A stretch of DNA of 63,533 nt, counting the filler, from Octopus bimaculoides (taxonomy: Eukaryota), in NCBI RefSeq assembly GCF_001194135.2. It is 3 parts of 3 records of this genome, joined end to end, with 100 filler letters (N's around TTAATTAATTAA, not from the genome) between each part and the next. Parts side by side here need not be neighbours in the genome. Positions count along the whole stretch, not along the records: positions 29,791 to 57,947 come from NC_068981.1; positions 58,048 to 63,533 come from NC_068993.1; 1 more part is not named here. The stretch is one strand, 5' to 3'. Below the pieces are notes generated by a model, which made no database searches, had not been told where the DNA came from, and saw only the letters and a program-made list of their open reading frames with translations. Below are positions 49,225 through 60,654 of the stretch, piece by piece (position 1 is the stretch's first letter; each line of letters starts with the position of its first letter). Position numbers and translations under genes: made by a program.

Positions 49225-50572
49225 NNNNNNNNNNNNNNNNNNNNNNNNNNNNNNNNNNNNNNNNNNNNNNNNNNNNNNNNNNNNNNNNNNNNNNNNNNNN
49301 NNNNNNNNNNNNNNNNNNNNNNNNNNNNNNNNNNNNNNNNNNNNNNNNNNNNNNNNNNNNNNNNNNNNNNNNNNNNNNNNNNNNNNNNNNNNNNNNNNNN
49401 NNNNNNNNNNNNNNNNNNNNNNNNNNNNNNNNNNNNNNNNNNNNNNNNNNNNNNNNNNNNNNNNNNNNNNNNNNNNNNNNNNNNNNNNNNNNNNNNNNNN
49501 NNNNNNNNNNNNNNNNNNNNNNNNNNNNNNNNNNNNNNNNNNNNNNNNNNNNNNNNNNNNNNNNNNNNNNNNNNNNNNNNNNNNNNNNNNNNNNCCGAGA
49601 GTCACTTGCAGATTGTGAAAAAACTATAGAGAATATTTTACGTTGATATTTTTTGATTTAGCTTTTCGTTAATTTCGTATCGTGTCAGTTTTCCATGATT
49701 CTCTTTCATTTGATCTAGTTATTTAAAATTTTTGTTGAATTTCTGATCTTTCTGCTGTTTAAGAATCGATATTGACGTGTATGAGTATTTTTTTCATATG
49801 CAATTCTGGAGAATTGAAAGGGTATTTACTTTATCTTGTCTTACTCATTTTGCCCCATCTAAATTTGTCTTTTATATGCTCAGAGAACGGAAATAATTTT
49901 CTGAAATAGTGTTCTGAATATGTTATAGTGTTTTTAATGCATTTAGAGAAGGCTATTTACTCAGCTGATGTAGTTTTTGTTCAGTAATGAACATTTATAA
50001 GAATATGTATATTTTTTGTCTAAGTTAAAAATGCAGTAAATATTACTCATTGTGCCTCACCTCTCCTTACAGAAAACTGTAAAAGCAGACTTTTGGAATA
50101 GCTGTTGGAATATCCCTAGTTATGCTAGGATTTTCTCCTTCTTTCAGGCATTACAAAACAATGAAGGGAAGCTTTTTTAAAACAAATATATTTAGGACAC
50201 TTATTGAACCAGCAACCACCACTAAAATGGTATACTTTTCTTTTTCGCAATTTTCTGTCATTTTATCATATTATACATTCTGAAGCATTTGCAACTCGCA
50301 TTTGTAACTCCTTCATTGTATTTTTCACAATGAAGGAAAAGTCAAACACTGCAAGTCGATATGTGAGAAAAAAAATTTGTTTTGAAAAATATATCTATGA
50401 AGCGACATTTTCAGTTGTTTATTTCAACTTTCTCTTCTAACACGTCAAATTCATTACATGCAATCAAGGATCTTTGAGATTATAATTGGCTGATTTTCCA
50501 ATATTTTAATTCTTGTGTATGAGAGGCCCACCGAATTTGAAGTGCCCACAACATGGTTTAAATCCGGTCTTG
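48763..50572. mobile_element. hAT-type element (~1.8 kb including a gap) inserted in the maT transposase
   Basis: TIRs CAGGGCCGGATTTA / TAAATCCGGTCTTG (12/14); 8-bp TSD ATTGTCAG / ATTGTCGG; the host reading ..K*LS|ENIHNF.. rejoins across it. Confidence 0.88.
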
Positions 50573-50820
50573 ATTGTCGGAGAATATCCACAACTTCACC
50601 AGCCTCAATTTCCGGCCTCTTGATTCTCCTGATTGAAATGTCATGGAACACTATATGTAGGGGTGCGATTGAGAAAGACACCAACTGCTCTGCTTGCAAC
50701 ACCAAGTTTGAGCTAGTGGCCAAGATCAAGGCGGTGTTTGAAGATCTTCCCAGGATTATAGCGAGGAACGTATATGCCATTTTCCGAAGCCGTCTTGAGG
50801 CTGTGGTGGACTCTGTATTC
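50573..50820 (+). mobile_element. maT/DD37D-type element, 3' part
   Basis: LSENIHNFTSLNFRPLDSPD*NVMEHYM*GAIEKDTN..CNTKFELVAKIKAVFEDLPR..FRSRLEAVV (cf. WPPNSPDLNPMDY..FRSRLEAVV). Confidence 0.8.
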
Positions 50821-51192
50821 ATAACCAGTGTCATTATGTCAGTCTATTTATGCCTCTCTTTCCCCCCTCTCTCTCTCTCAGTATATATATATATATATNN
50901 NNNNNNNNNNNNNNNNNNNNNNNNNNNNNNNNNNNNNNNNNNNNNNNNNNNNNNNNNNNNNNNNNNNNNNNNNNNNNNNNNNNNNNNNNNNNNNNNNNNN
51001 NNNNNNNNNNNNNNNNNNNNNNNNNNNNNNNNNNNNNNNNNNNNNNNNNNNNNNNNNNNNNNNNNNNNNNNNNNNNNNNNNNNNNNNNNNNNNNNNNNNN
51101 NNNNNNNNNNNNNNNNNNNNNNNNNNNNNNNNNNNNNNNNNNNNNNNNNNNNNNNNNNNNNNNNNNNNNNNNNNNNNNNNNNNNNNTTTTAG

Positions 51193-51446
51193 AAAAAGAT
51201 TATCAAAAGTCTTTGAGAATAATAAAAAATGTTAAAAAACAGTTTGAGTATTAAAATGCATATATACATTCTTTGATGATAAAATATATTTAAAGTATAA
51301 AGCTTTGTATGAACTCACTACAAAGTTCATACAAAGCTTTATACTTTAAATATATTTTATCATCAAAGAATGTAAATATGCATTTTAATACTCAAACTGT
51401 TTTTTAACATTTTTTATTATTCTCAAAGACTTTTGATAATCTTTTT
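51193..51446. repeat. 254-bp near-perfect AT-rich palindrome (123-bp arms, 8-nt loop)
   Basis: Arms 51193-51315 / 51324-51446 with one mismatch; loop CACTACAA. Confidence 0.95.
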
Positions 51447-51899
51447 TTTAAAAAGTGAAACCGGTTAAGTAAATAAATATCTTTAAAATAAGTGCATTTT
51501 CAAACCTTCTTTCATATATATTTCCACTCATATAGATGTATATGTATGTAATATGTATGTAGTATGTATGTAGTATGTATGTACACACATAAGCACACAC
51601 ATATGCATGTGTGTGTAAGTGTGTGAGTGCGCGTGTCCTTAAACCACAGCTAGACTCGAGCACCATCTTCAAGGGTTTAATCCACCGGATGGACTTCAGT
51701 ACTTATCTTTACGCTTGCTATTTATTTTATCGTCACCTTTGTCGAACCGCAGGCCACAGAAATTAAACGAAGCTCCGACTCCCTAATTTCCCTTCCTTCT
51801 CCCTAATTTCCTTTATTATATCATGTCATCTTGTTCCATTTTAGAAGCCAAGTGTTTCACACAACTTATCATCTAACTTGTTATACATATATATATAAT

Positions 51900-52240
51900 A
51901 CGCAAGCGTGGCTGTGTGGTAAGAAGCTTGCCTTCCAAACACATGGTTTCAGGCTCAGTTCCACTGCGTGGTACCTTTGGCAAATGTTTTCTACTATAGA
52001 TTTAATAGATGGAAACCGAAAGAAGCCAGTCGTATATATGTGTGCATGTGTGTGTATATGTATGTAGGTGTGTATGTTTACGCCCTCACAACTTAGCGGT
52101 TCGGTAAAAGGGGCCGATAGAATAAATACCAGGCTTTAAAAAAGATTACTGCTGGGGCTGATTAATTTGACTAAGAATTCTTCAAAGCAGTGCCTCAGCA
52201 TGGCCGTTGTTTAATAAATGAAACATGTAAAGGATAAAAG
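51900..52240 (+). mobile_element. SINE family B, near full length
   Basis: GCGTGGCTGTGTGGTAAGAAGCTTGCC head, central (TG/TA)n, AACTTAGCGGTTCGG..AGCATGGCC..GAAAC..TAAAAG tail. Confidence 0.85.
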
Positions 52241-52509
52241 AAAATTCTAGGAAATCTGTAAATGATCTTGTGGTCACGAATACACACGAAGAGCAAAATA
52301 ACCTAATATGTCTTGCTGTTTTGTAAAAACCGACCAAAGACTGAACATAAGTTCTCCCCAAGTACCACTGCTTGTTTTTCTCTTCATTTTTAATTTATCA
52401 GAATGGTTACTCTGATGTGTTGTAATTACTAATTAAACTCAAGAAGAATAAAATTGTGAAGGTATAAAGCGAGGTTGCGAGCGCAATAACCACACTAAGC
52501 TCGTTTTGC

Positions 52510-52766
52510 AGTTACGAGGTTTTCGAGTTTAGTCCCGCTCTATGCTGCCTTGGGAAGTATCTACTATAGCTCTGGGCCAGCTAATATTTTCAGAATGAAT
52601 TTAGTTGATGGAAACTATGTGGAAGCCCATCAATGTGTGTGTGTGTCTGTCTGCCTGTCTTTGCGTGTGTTTGTCCGCCCCAGCACTTGACAACTGGTGT
52701 TGGTTTGTTTACGTCCCTGTAACATAGTGGTTCAGGAAAGAGACCAATAGAATAAGTACCAGACTT

Positions 52767-52864
<98 letters not shown>

Positions 52865-52953
52865 GTCCTGGGTTCGATTTGTTTCGGCTAAAACCTTTCA
52901 AGACAGTGCTCTAGTATGGCCGTAGTGCAACGGCCGAAACAAGTAAAAGATAA
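52510..52953 (+). mobile_element. SINE family B, decayed, with expanded internal (CA)n
   Basis: GAGTTTAGTCCC..TACTATAGC..GGAAACT..TTTACGTCCCTGTAAC..AGTACCAG..(CA)n..CCTGGGTTCGATTTG..ATGGCCG..GAAACAAGTAAAAG. Confidence 0.75.
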
Positions 52954-53619
52954 ATGATGTATAGAGAAGTAAACATTGTTGAACATGTTGCAGAAAAACC
53001 CAAGACCATGATCACTATTCAAAATCAAAAAAGGAATCTAGATTCCTTGACACCAGTTCATGTACCAGATCCCAATTAATTATAGTAAAATAATATAATG
53101 CAATAATATAACACAATATATATTAATATAATACAATTTAACATAATATAAGATTATCGACCGTTTTCCTAACAATATCGTTGGATTTCTGAATTTCATA
53201 TTTCTTCCACTGGTATATATGCTTATTAAAAAAAAGAAAAGAAAAGAAAATAGCGTAGCACCCACGACTGTCGGAAAGGATTCTTTGCTTGCACGCTATG
53301 AGTTGCCGATGCATAAAATGAAATACCTGTATCGGTTGTTAGTCAGGAAACTGCATCCTTCGAAATTTCCATGCTTTCCGAAATTCACCAACCTACTCCT
53401 GACGTGCGTATGTATACTTTCTTCTTTATAGATTTTTGTGCTTTATTCTATGAACTATGCATGCACTTTTAGCTAGCTTTGCTGTCTTTCTTTACTTCAC
53501 TTATTGTTGCTTTCTATCACGTCTTTTACTGTGCTTGAGCATTGTATACAAAAAGGTCATTATTAATATTGTTTCTAACATAGGCAAAATACCAGAAAGT
53601 TGAGAGAGGGAAATATTTT

Positions 53620-53741
53620 ATCGATCTCACAAGAATGAAAAGCAAAGCTGATCGTGGCAAGGTTTGAACTCGGAACGCAAAGAGTCAGAATAACGACTGT
53701 AAAGCAGCTTGTCTAACGATTCTGTCAATGCATCAGCCTTC
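53620..53741 (-). mobile_element. SINE family A 5' fragment
   Basis: GAATGAAAAGCAAAG..TTTGAACTCGGAACG..CTAACGATTCTGTC..GCCTTC. Confidence 0.7.
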
Positions 53742-53743
53742 GA

Positions 53744-53901
53744 CACTAGCGTAGCTAGAGTGTGTAGCCTGGGGCGTCCCATCAAGTTGCCACCCCCGGG
53801 CCTGCACAAGAAGTACATATTGTCTACAGTAGACCATGAAGTGGTACCGCCTCCATAAAAGTGCCGCTCGAGGTGGACCACCCCATCTAGCTACGCTAGT
53901 G
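53744..53901. mobile_element. 158-bp MITE with perfect 16-bp TIRs beginning CACTA
   Basis: CACTAGCGTAGCTAGA ... TCTAGCTACGCTAGTG; TSD not clean. Confidence 0.8.
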
Positions 53902-53949
53902 TTCATTAAATGTTTTCTTTAGACATTCAAACCGAAGTTGATTTCAGGG

Positions 53950-54110
53950 CACGGAGCCTAGTGATTAGATTCTTCGGCTCACGGTCGTAAGGTCATGAAT
54001 TTGATGCTTGGACTGGGTGGTACATCGTGTTCTAGAGCAAGGTACTTCATTTCCTCTTTGCACTGGTTTACTCAGCAATAAACGAGTACCAGTTTAGTGC
54101 TGGTTTAGAT
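53950..54110 (+). mobile_element. Decayed SINE family D
   Basis: GGAGCCTAGTGATTAG..GTGTTCTAGAGCAAGGTACTTCATTTC..TTTACTCAGCAATAAACGAGTACC. Confidence 0.6.
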
Positions 54111-54804
54111 CTTTCTCTCTCTCTCTCCGGTCACATCCTCGATATTCTAGTGGATCGAGAGATTGGAGAGCCGAGAGGCGGGGCTCTTGGTCTGAACACA
54201 AACTACTTAGGCACCTAAAACAATTTGCAAAAGTATCATACATGCTACCCAGTCCTACTGGCTTTCGAACGACTGTTATGATTTGGGCCCTGCGAGTCCT
54301 AGTAACTTTTTGCTTTCCGTATAAAGTGTATCAGTAAATATGATTTATATATGATTTCTAGTAAATCGCAAAGACAATAAGATGGAGAACCACTTATGTA
54401 TAATAGTATCATATCTATTGGGCGAACTACAAGCTTCACGAAATCCGCAATCAGCTGTTGCGAGAGACAAAACATAATTAAAATGGGTCTGAACATAGAT
54501 AAACGAAGTTGTGCTGAAAAGAACCTGGATCTATGTTTTAAAAAATACAGTGTTATCAGTTAATTATGATTTTATTCAACATATTCCCTTCTCAGAACCA
54601 CACACTTATTGCAGTGTTTTTAAACTCTGTAAAAGAACTCGGAAGGGTGGGCCTTCGACCAGGTCTTTCGCCTTCCTTTATTTGATTAGTTGCTGTTGTT
54701 TATCGGGTTACTGTTGTTTAAATCCAGAGCAGTCCAAGCTTTTGTTTAGCACTACGGTCTTACTGTGTGACACTTCCTTTTCCGGTTGTATGTATGTATG
54801 TATG

Positions 54805-55453
54805 GGGCCTTTGGTGTTTGACGGGCAACATTTGTTTTCTTAACGAAACACTTTCAAACTTGGGACACTGATAGAATGTGTCATATAAAACAACTTCTTC
54901 TCTTAACCTTCTTAACAAAATTTTGTACATCGCAAGTTATTTCATGTTAAAGTTGTCGTATTTCTGCAATTTCAACCAATCACTGACGTCTATTCAGTTG
55001 AATAGAGTTACTGCTGGCCGGTCATAAAAATGTTATTCCCTGTGACATATTTCATCCGGTTTAATCGTAATTTATACGCATATATTGTTTATATAATAAA
55101 TTACGCTGTGCGTATCTGTGTGTGTAACAATTTTAGAGTTCGGATTCTAGAGTTAGGGTTAGTTTTAGGGTTAGGGTTAGGGTTAGGGTTAACAGTCTAG
55201 TTAATCGGAAATGTCAGAACTAACGGGGATTAATACGATATATACCGTTACAGCGCTAACTGTTTTCAACTGAATAGACGTCAGTGATTAGTAGAAATTA
55301 TCGAAATAAGACAATTTTTAACGTGAATTAACTTCGAATAGAAAATTTTTTATCTGTTCTATACCACAAAATATACAAGTATACGAAGTTTGAAAGTGTT
55401 TCGGTACCAAAAACACTACATAAAAAATGTTGCCCGTCAAACCTAAAAGATCC
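54805..55453. mobile_element. ~650-bp MITE with long imperfect TIRs and internal telomere-type (TTAGGG)n
   Basis: Termini GGGCCTTTGGTGTTTGACGGGCAACATTT / AAATGTTGCCCGTCAAACCTAAAAGATCC; further inverted matches to ~200 bp (e.g. ATCACTGACGTCTATTCAGTTGAA); TTAGGG tract 55153-55190; (TATG)n on both flanks. Confidence 0.88.
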
Positions 55454-55477
55454 TATGTATGTATGTATGTATGTGAT

Positions 55478-55750
55478 GGAGACGCAATGGCCCAGTAGTT
55501 AGGGCAGCGGACTCACGGTCATAAGATCGCGATTTCGATTCCCAGACCGGGCGTTGTGAGTGTTTATTGAGCGAAAACACCTAAAGCTCCACGAGGCTCC
55601 GGCAGGGGATGGTGGCGAACCCTGCTGTACTCTTTCACCACAACTTTCTCTAACTCTTACTTCCTGTTTCTGTTGTGCCTGTAATTCAAAGGGTCAGCCT
55701 TGTCACACTGTATCACGCTGACGTCGTAAGCGACGGAGTGCCAACAACAA
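55478..55750 (+). mobile_element. SINE family C with internal deletion and (CAA)n tail
   Basis: Collinear with the 37663 copy until ..CACGCTGA, then jumps to CGTCGTAAGCGACGGAGTGCCAACAACAA. Confidence 0.88.
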
Positions 55751-55877
55751 CGTATGTATGTATGTATGTATGTATGTATGTATGTATGAATGCATGCACG
55801 TTATGAATGTGTACACGTGTGTATGTTTGTATGAGTATATGCATATATGTATGTATGTACATACACGTGTATATATG

Positions 55878-55909
<32 letters not shown>

Positions 55910-56469
55910 TATTATATAAACGTAAGTACACGTACACACACGTACGCGCGCGCACACACACACACATACACACACAGCACATATATATATGTGAGTGTAT
56001 CTATGCACCCCACATACATTCAGATAGCATTGACATTTACAAAATTTGTTTCATTTCCTTATTCTACAATTTATTAGAATAATAGTGGGGAAGCTGGTGG
56101 TTTAAATCGGGTAGAGGGAAGTAAAGTTAGTAGCTGGAGTAGTTAAAGTAATGAAATGGTTATAATTAGTTTTAGGCTTGGCTTATCAACCGGCAGGTCA
56201 TTACAGATGGGAATGTGTTGAAGAGAAAATGAAAAGTGTTAGACTGTATGACGAACTGTCAAGTGATGTGTGTAGGAGAATGTGGGGACAGATTTAGAGA
56301 GATGAAAAATCAAGGATCCGAAATGTAAACATTTAAAGGTTGAAAGTTATCGACAATCGTTTGATGCTGTAGAAATTATAAATTAATAACTGTGTAGATA
56401 AACAAGCGATGAAAAATGTTAAATAAGAAAGAATTCTATGAATTTCTGAATGTTTTCTGGAAAAATTTC

Positions 56470-56670
56470 CTGTGTTTGTCCCCGCCAGCATCGCTTGACA
56501 TGCGATGCTGGTGTGTTTACGTCCCCTAACTTAGCGGTTCGGCAAAAAGAGAACGACATAATAAGTGCTAGGCTTACAAAGAATAAGTCCTGGGGTCGAT
56601 TTGCTCGACTAAAAGGTGGTGCTCCAGCATGGCCGCAGTCAAATGACTGAAACAAATAAAAGAATAAAAG
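56470..56670 (+). mobile_element. SINE family B, 3' half
   Basis: TGTTTGTCCCC..CATCGCTTGACA..TTTACGTCCCCTAACTTAGCGGTTCGG..CCAGCATGGCCGCAGTCAAATGACTGAAACAA. Confidence 0.85.
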
Positions 56671-57467
56671 ACTACAAGGAAGTACACAATTGCATACATA
56701 CATACATACATACATACATACATACATACATNNNNNNNNNNNNNNNNNNNNNNNNNNNNNNNNNNNNNNNNNNNNNNNNNNNNNNNNNNNNNNNNNNNNN
56801 NNNNNNNNNNNNNNNNNNNNNNNNNNNNNNNNNNNNNNNNNNNNNNNNNNNNNNNNNNNNNNNNNNNNNNNNNNNNNNNNNNNNNNNNNNNNNNNNNNNN
56901 NNNNNNNNNNNNNNNNNNNNNNNNNNNNNNNNNNNNNNNNNNNNNNNNNNNNNNNNNNNNNNNNNNNNNNNNNNNNNNNNNNNNNNNNNNNNNNNNNNNN
57001 NNNNNNNNNNNNNNNNNNNNNNNNNNNNNNNNNNNNNNNNNNNNNNNNNNNNNNNNNNNNNNNNNNNNNNNNNNNNNNNNNNNNNNNNNNNNNNNNNNNN
57101 NNNNNNNNNNNNNNNNNNNNNNNNNNNNNNNNNNNNNNNNNNNNNNNNNNNNNNNNNNNNNNNNNNNNNNNNNNNNNNNNNNNNNNNNNNNNNNNNNNNN
57201 NNNNNNNNNNNNNNNNNNNNNNNNNNNNNNNNNNNNNNNNNNNNNNNNNNNNNNNNNNNNNNNNNNNNNNNNNNNNNNNNNNNNNNNNNNNNNNNNNNNN
57301 NNNNNNNNNNNNNNNNNNNNNNNNNNNNNNNNNNNNNNNNNNNNNNNNNNNNNNNNNNNNNNNNNNNNNNNNNNNNNNNNNNNNNNNNNNNNNNNNNNNN
57401 NNNNNNNNNNNNNNNNNNNNNNNNNNNNNNNNNNNNNNNNNNNNNNNNNNNNNNNNNNNNNNNNNNN

Positions 57468-57860
57468 TGCCTAGCGGTATTTCGTCTGCCGCTACATTCT
57501 GAGTTCAAATTCTGCCGAGGTCGACTTTGCCTTTCATCCTTTCAGGGTCGATTAAATAAGTACCAGTTACGCACTGGGGTCGATATAATCGAATTAATCT
57601 GTTTGTCTGTCCTTGTTTGTCCCCTCTGTGTGTAGCTCCTTGTGGGCAGTAATGAAATAAGGTACGTTAGCACGCTGGGCGAAATGTTTAGCGGTATTTC
57701 GTCTGTCTTTATGTTCTGAGTTCAAATTCCGCCGAGGTCAACTTTGCCTTTCATCCTTCCAGAGTCGATAAATTAGGAACCATTTAAGCACTAGAATGGA
57801 TCTAATCAACTGACTCCACTCCCCCAAAATTTCGGGCCCTGTGCCTAGAGTAGACAAGAA
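57468..57860 (+). mobile_element. Two tandem SINE family A copies (57468-57660, 57662-57860)
   Basis: TAGCGGTATTTCGTCTG..TTCTGAGTTCAAATT..CCGAGGTC.ACTTTGCCTTTCATCC occurs twice. Confidence 0.88.
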
Positions 57861-57914
57861 TATTACACTGCCTGGCTTTCATGCGCATCTACATATATAT
57901 TTACACACACTTAC

Positions 57915-57947
<33 letters not shown>

Positions 57948-58047
57948 NNNNNNNNNNNNNNNNNNNNNNNNNNNNNNNNNNNNNNNNNNNNTTAATTAAT
58001 TAANNNNNNNNNNNNNNNNNNNNNNNNNNNNNNNNNNNNNNNNNNNN
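57948..58047. other. Artificial scaffold-joining linker (44N-TTAATTAATTAA-44N)
   Basis: Same structure as 29691-29790. Confidence 0.95.
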
Positions 58048-58099
58048 AAATCGCACTCCCCAAAACATACAGGCGATTGTGATATATACATATATATCC

Positions 58100-59321
58100 C
58101 AGGGTTGGACAAAATAATGGAAACCCCTTAAAATTTCAAACAAATTTATTTTAATATGGTGTAGAACCGCCTTTGCTAGTAATGACAATTTGAATTCTGC
58201 GAGGTATGGACTTGTACAAAGTTTGAATTTTTTCCAAAGGAATTTTTGTCCATTCTTCAGCTAAAACAGTCTCCAGTTCTTGTAGTGGTGATGGTGGAGG
58301 ATATCGAATCCTTACTTGTTTTTCTAAAATGGACCATAAATGTTGAATAATATCGAGATCTGGGGACTGTGGTGGCCAGATAAGATGTTCAACTTCACTA
58401 GAATATCCTCTTGCCCTCCAGTATCAATTTTTACTGTGGAAGTTAGTGCATTATCATCCTGAAAGATTGCGTTTCCCTCTGAAACAGTTCCACAATCGTA
58501 AGATGAATTTCATGCTTAAATAGTCTTGACTATTAATTCTGCCACGAAGGAAAACCATTGAACCGGCGGATTTCCAAGATATAACCCCTCCCCCCAGATC
58601 ATCACAGATCCTCCTCCATGCTTAACAGTTGGAAGAAGGCAGTCTCGCTCAAATGCTTCTTTTGGCTGTCTCCACACGTATACTCGGCCGGTGGTCAGAA
58701 ATAAGCTAAAGGATGCCTCGTCAGAGAAAATAACATTATTCCATTGTTCTAGGATTTTTTTTACTCTATTCTAAACTCTTTGCAACGTTTGTTTTTGAAA
58801 GTAGTGGTTTTCTGATTGCAGCTCCCGGCGAACAGTTTTTGTGAAATCTGGGTTCTCGAGGTGGTCTTTAAGCCCTTCAGTAATTCTGGGAGCTGTACTT
58901 TTGTGATCCTTTCTAACAATCCACGCAAGAGTCCGACAGTCCCTATCTGAAAGTTTTTGTTTTCTTCCGGAGTTTTGTTTCGACGAGGAGGTTTTTCCCT
59001 CTTTCTCAAAGGCTGTCATTGCTTTCGAGACAATACTTCTTGAAACACCAAACATTTTGGCGCTTTACGTTATGCTAGTGCCTACCATACGAGCACCAAC
59101 AATTTGACCTCTTTGAAAGTACGATAGATGTGTCATTTTAATGAATTTTAATTAACTTTTTCTGATGATATCTGAAAAGAAAGAGCAGTTTTAGCAAAAC
59201 ATATTAAGCAACACTAATAATAAATCAAAAAGCATAATAATAAACAATTAACGGTTTTCTAGATATTTCAAAATTATGATACTATGATGTTAGATGTTTC
59301 CATTATTTTGTCCAAGCCCTG
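58100..59321 (-). mobile_element. Tc1-like transposon with both TIRs; transposase pseudogene (59136-58151)
   Basis: TIRs CAGGG-TTGGACAAAATAATGGAAAC / GTTTCCATTATTTTGTCCAAGCCCTG+TA; MTHLSYFQRGQIVGARMVG..SGRKQKLSDRD..IFSDEASF..TVKHGGGSVMIWG..FQDDNAL..WPPQSPDLDIIQHLW..KGGSTPY*; frameshifts, third catalytic residue E>Q. Confidence 0.93.
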
Positions 59322-60576
59322 TATATGCATACATTGTATATGTGTGTATCATTTGTGAGTTTTATGTAAGTTCTTTACAGAGTTCAAGTCGGTCGCTGAA
59401 GAAGCAACAAGACTTTTTGAGTGAAAGGAGTTCCTGGTGTTTGTAAATATGAGGTTCAGGTGGTGTTTTGCTTGCGCTGTCGATGCACACACCCATGTGT
59501 TTGTATGAATACACGTAAAAATCTCAGATTAAAAAAAAATTTGGAATGGTTTACTAATATTCAATCGAATGGATTTGGAGAACCTGCGTCAGTTTCTTTT
59601 GTTTTTTCTCTGTGAAACCGAGTAATTTTAGGTTATTGTGAAAATCTGTTGTTATGTATGTACGTATGAGCAATCATAGTTATATGATTCTCGTTAGACT
59701 CTGCCGTAGATACTTTTGTCATCCTTTGACATATATATTGTCTTTCTAAAAAGAGAACATGTTTGTAAAAAGTATTGACTAGACAAAGCAAAAAGGGGAG
59801 TAACCTGCCTTTAGAAAAAACTTCACGTGAAACCATAGCTGTTCACGAAACGATAGGGAACTGTTGTCTACAAGAATAATTCATTGTTAGGTTGTAGTTT
59901 TGCTTAAAATTTTGTTTCTCCGTCGAGCTTAGAACTTCACATGTTCAGGCAACCAATATGGCCCTTATGCATAATTACACCGAATGAGGGGGTCTAAATC
60001 TGCAATGAACTAGTGTAGGGGACTCTTGGGTGTACATCGAAGAGTTTTTAGTTGTCCATTGTGTGTTAAACTTAGAAATAAGCGAACAAATATGAAAATA
60101 TTTTTCTCAAATCTACATATTTACATTATGAAGTGTATATACGCGAAATGTATTCGTCACGGAAAAAATAATAATTTCACTTAAGGCGGAGATTATGACA
60201 GGCAAAAAAGATTTTAAAATGCATATGAGATTTTGTAAATAATGAAAAAAGAAAACAAGTAAAGGAAAAACAAACAAAATCACGATAAGTGTATTAGAAA
60301 TTTGATGTCCAAAGTGGAAAATACATTTCACCGCTGAAGTATTTGATACAGCCATATTGGAATATAGACAAAGAGAGAGAGAAGGGGGGACCAGGAGGAG
60401 GAGAAACACAGAGGCAGAGAGAGAGAGAGAGATTCAGAAAGAAAGAGAGATATGCATATCAGCTGATATACAATTTGCCCACGCACCGACACACATACAT
60501 GCATATACGAATATACATATATACATATAGGCAGCTATACGTAACTATAAGTATATATACATATAAATATGTTTGC

Positions 60577-60612
<36 letters not shown>

Positions 60613-60622
60613 TATCTACCTC

Positions 60623-60654
<32 letters not shown>

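Noticed and set aside
55153-55190. True telomere or chromosome fusion site
   Set aside because: Only about 6 units, in one orientation, inside a TIR-bounded element.
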